DNA of 64,000 bases, taken from the NCBI GenBank assembly GCA_977017645.1, contig OZ360252.1, positions 15,500,001 to 15,564,000 of the forward strand, given 5' to 3'. Positions 63,430 to 64,000 of this stretch are shown here, piece after piece (within the stretch, counting starts at the first letter, position 1; each line of letters starts with the position of its first letter). A model generated the notes under the pieces. It saw only the letters and a program-made list of their open reading frames with translations. It was not told the DNA's origin and did no database searches. A program made the translations under genes and the position numbers. This DNA comes from Torpedo marmorata (Eukaryota).

Positions 63430-64000
63430 TGTTATTTAATTGGTAGCAATCCAGAATGCAATCCGTTGAGCACATCGAAACCAAACACGGGAAAGGAAAA
63501 GGGAAAATCAGCTTTAAAATGAATGGTCGTGCTTCAAAGATAATTGAAAACTCAGATTTATGTCGAGATAGCATGACCAATACTATTAATGTAAGATATA
63601 GACGAGTTCAGTACAATTGTATACATCAGTTATACCTTACAGCACAAAAATGAATACAATGAAATCTGAATTGTTAAATCAGTGTGGTGAAGTTGTGGGA
63701 ACTTTCTTACATTCAACTTGGTTATGCTCTAAGGTAAGACCCTTCTGGCTGGAACGTGGGAATTTGCTAAAACAAATCACGGGAGTTACACTTCCACAAA
63801 ACCGTGATTTATTTTTGTTAGGGGATGTAGAAAGAACTAGAATAAAATTGAAATTATCAACATATCAATTGAAATTTGTTAAAATTGCTCTCGTTGTAGC
63901 GAGGAAGTGTACAGCAGTAACCTGGAAATCACACCTAAATTTAGGGATGGAAAGGTGGAATACAGAGATACAGAGTTGTATTCCTCTGGAAAACATAACA
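63430..64000 (+). mobile_element. L1-clade ORF2 C-terminal fragment running off the window
   Basis: LCRDSMTNTINVRYRRVQYN.IHQLYLT, GTFLHSTW.C.KVRPFW, VTWKS, SCIPLENIT. Confidence 0.8.

Overview
This is vertebrate genomic DNA, not prokaryotic. It is most likely from a cartilaginous fish (ray/shark), inferred from the mix of V-SINEs, CR1, Rex1, L1 and Penelope repeats and a GPR139-like receptor. Most ORF-track entries are noise or TE remnants; the real genes are spliced. (1) Gene A, minus strand, is the 5' half of a group-B scavenger-receptor cysteine-rich (SRCR; CD163/WC1/SCART-like) gene: signal exon 23623-23668, 33-bp exon 15362-15394, four SRCR exons, running off the left edge. (2) Gene B, minus strand, is the 3' half of a second such gene entering from the right edge: 2 SRCR exons, 2 linker exons, a TM exon containing Glu, and 4 cytoplasmic exons including a YEEI motif; stop at 57380. 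(3) An inverted, inactivated copy of gene B's TM/cytoplasmic exons lies at 39.7-42.9 kb, apparently flipped between Penelope elements. (4) A two-exon GPR139-like GPCR on the + strand has only two lesions, both in-frame TGA codons at cysteine positions. The rest is repeats: nested L1s (one with a 5' inversion), Rex1, CR1, two IR/DR Tc1 copies, Penelope remnants carrying minimal hammerhead-like motifs, V-SINEs and a GC-rich non-coding retroposon with a Rex1-type tail. Exon boundaries were read from GT/AG sites by eye; TE boundaries are approximate. No database searches were run.
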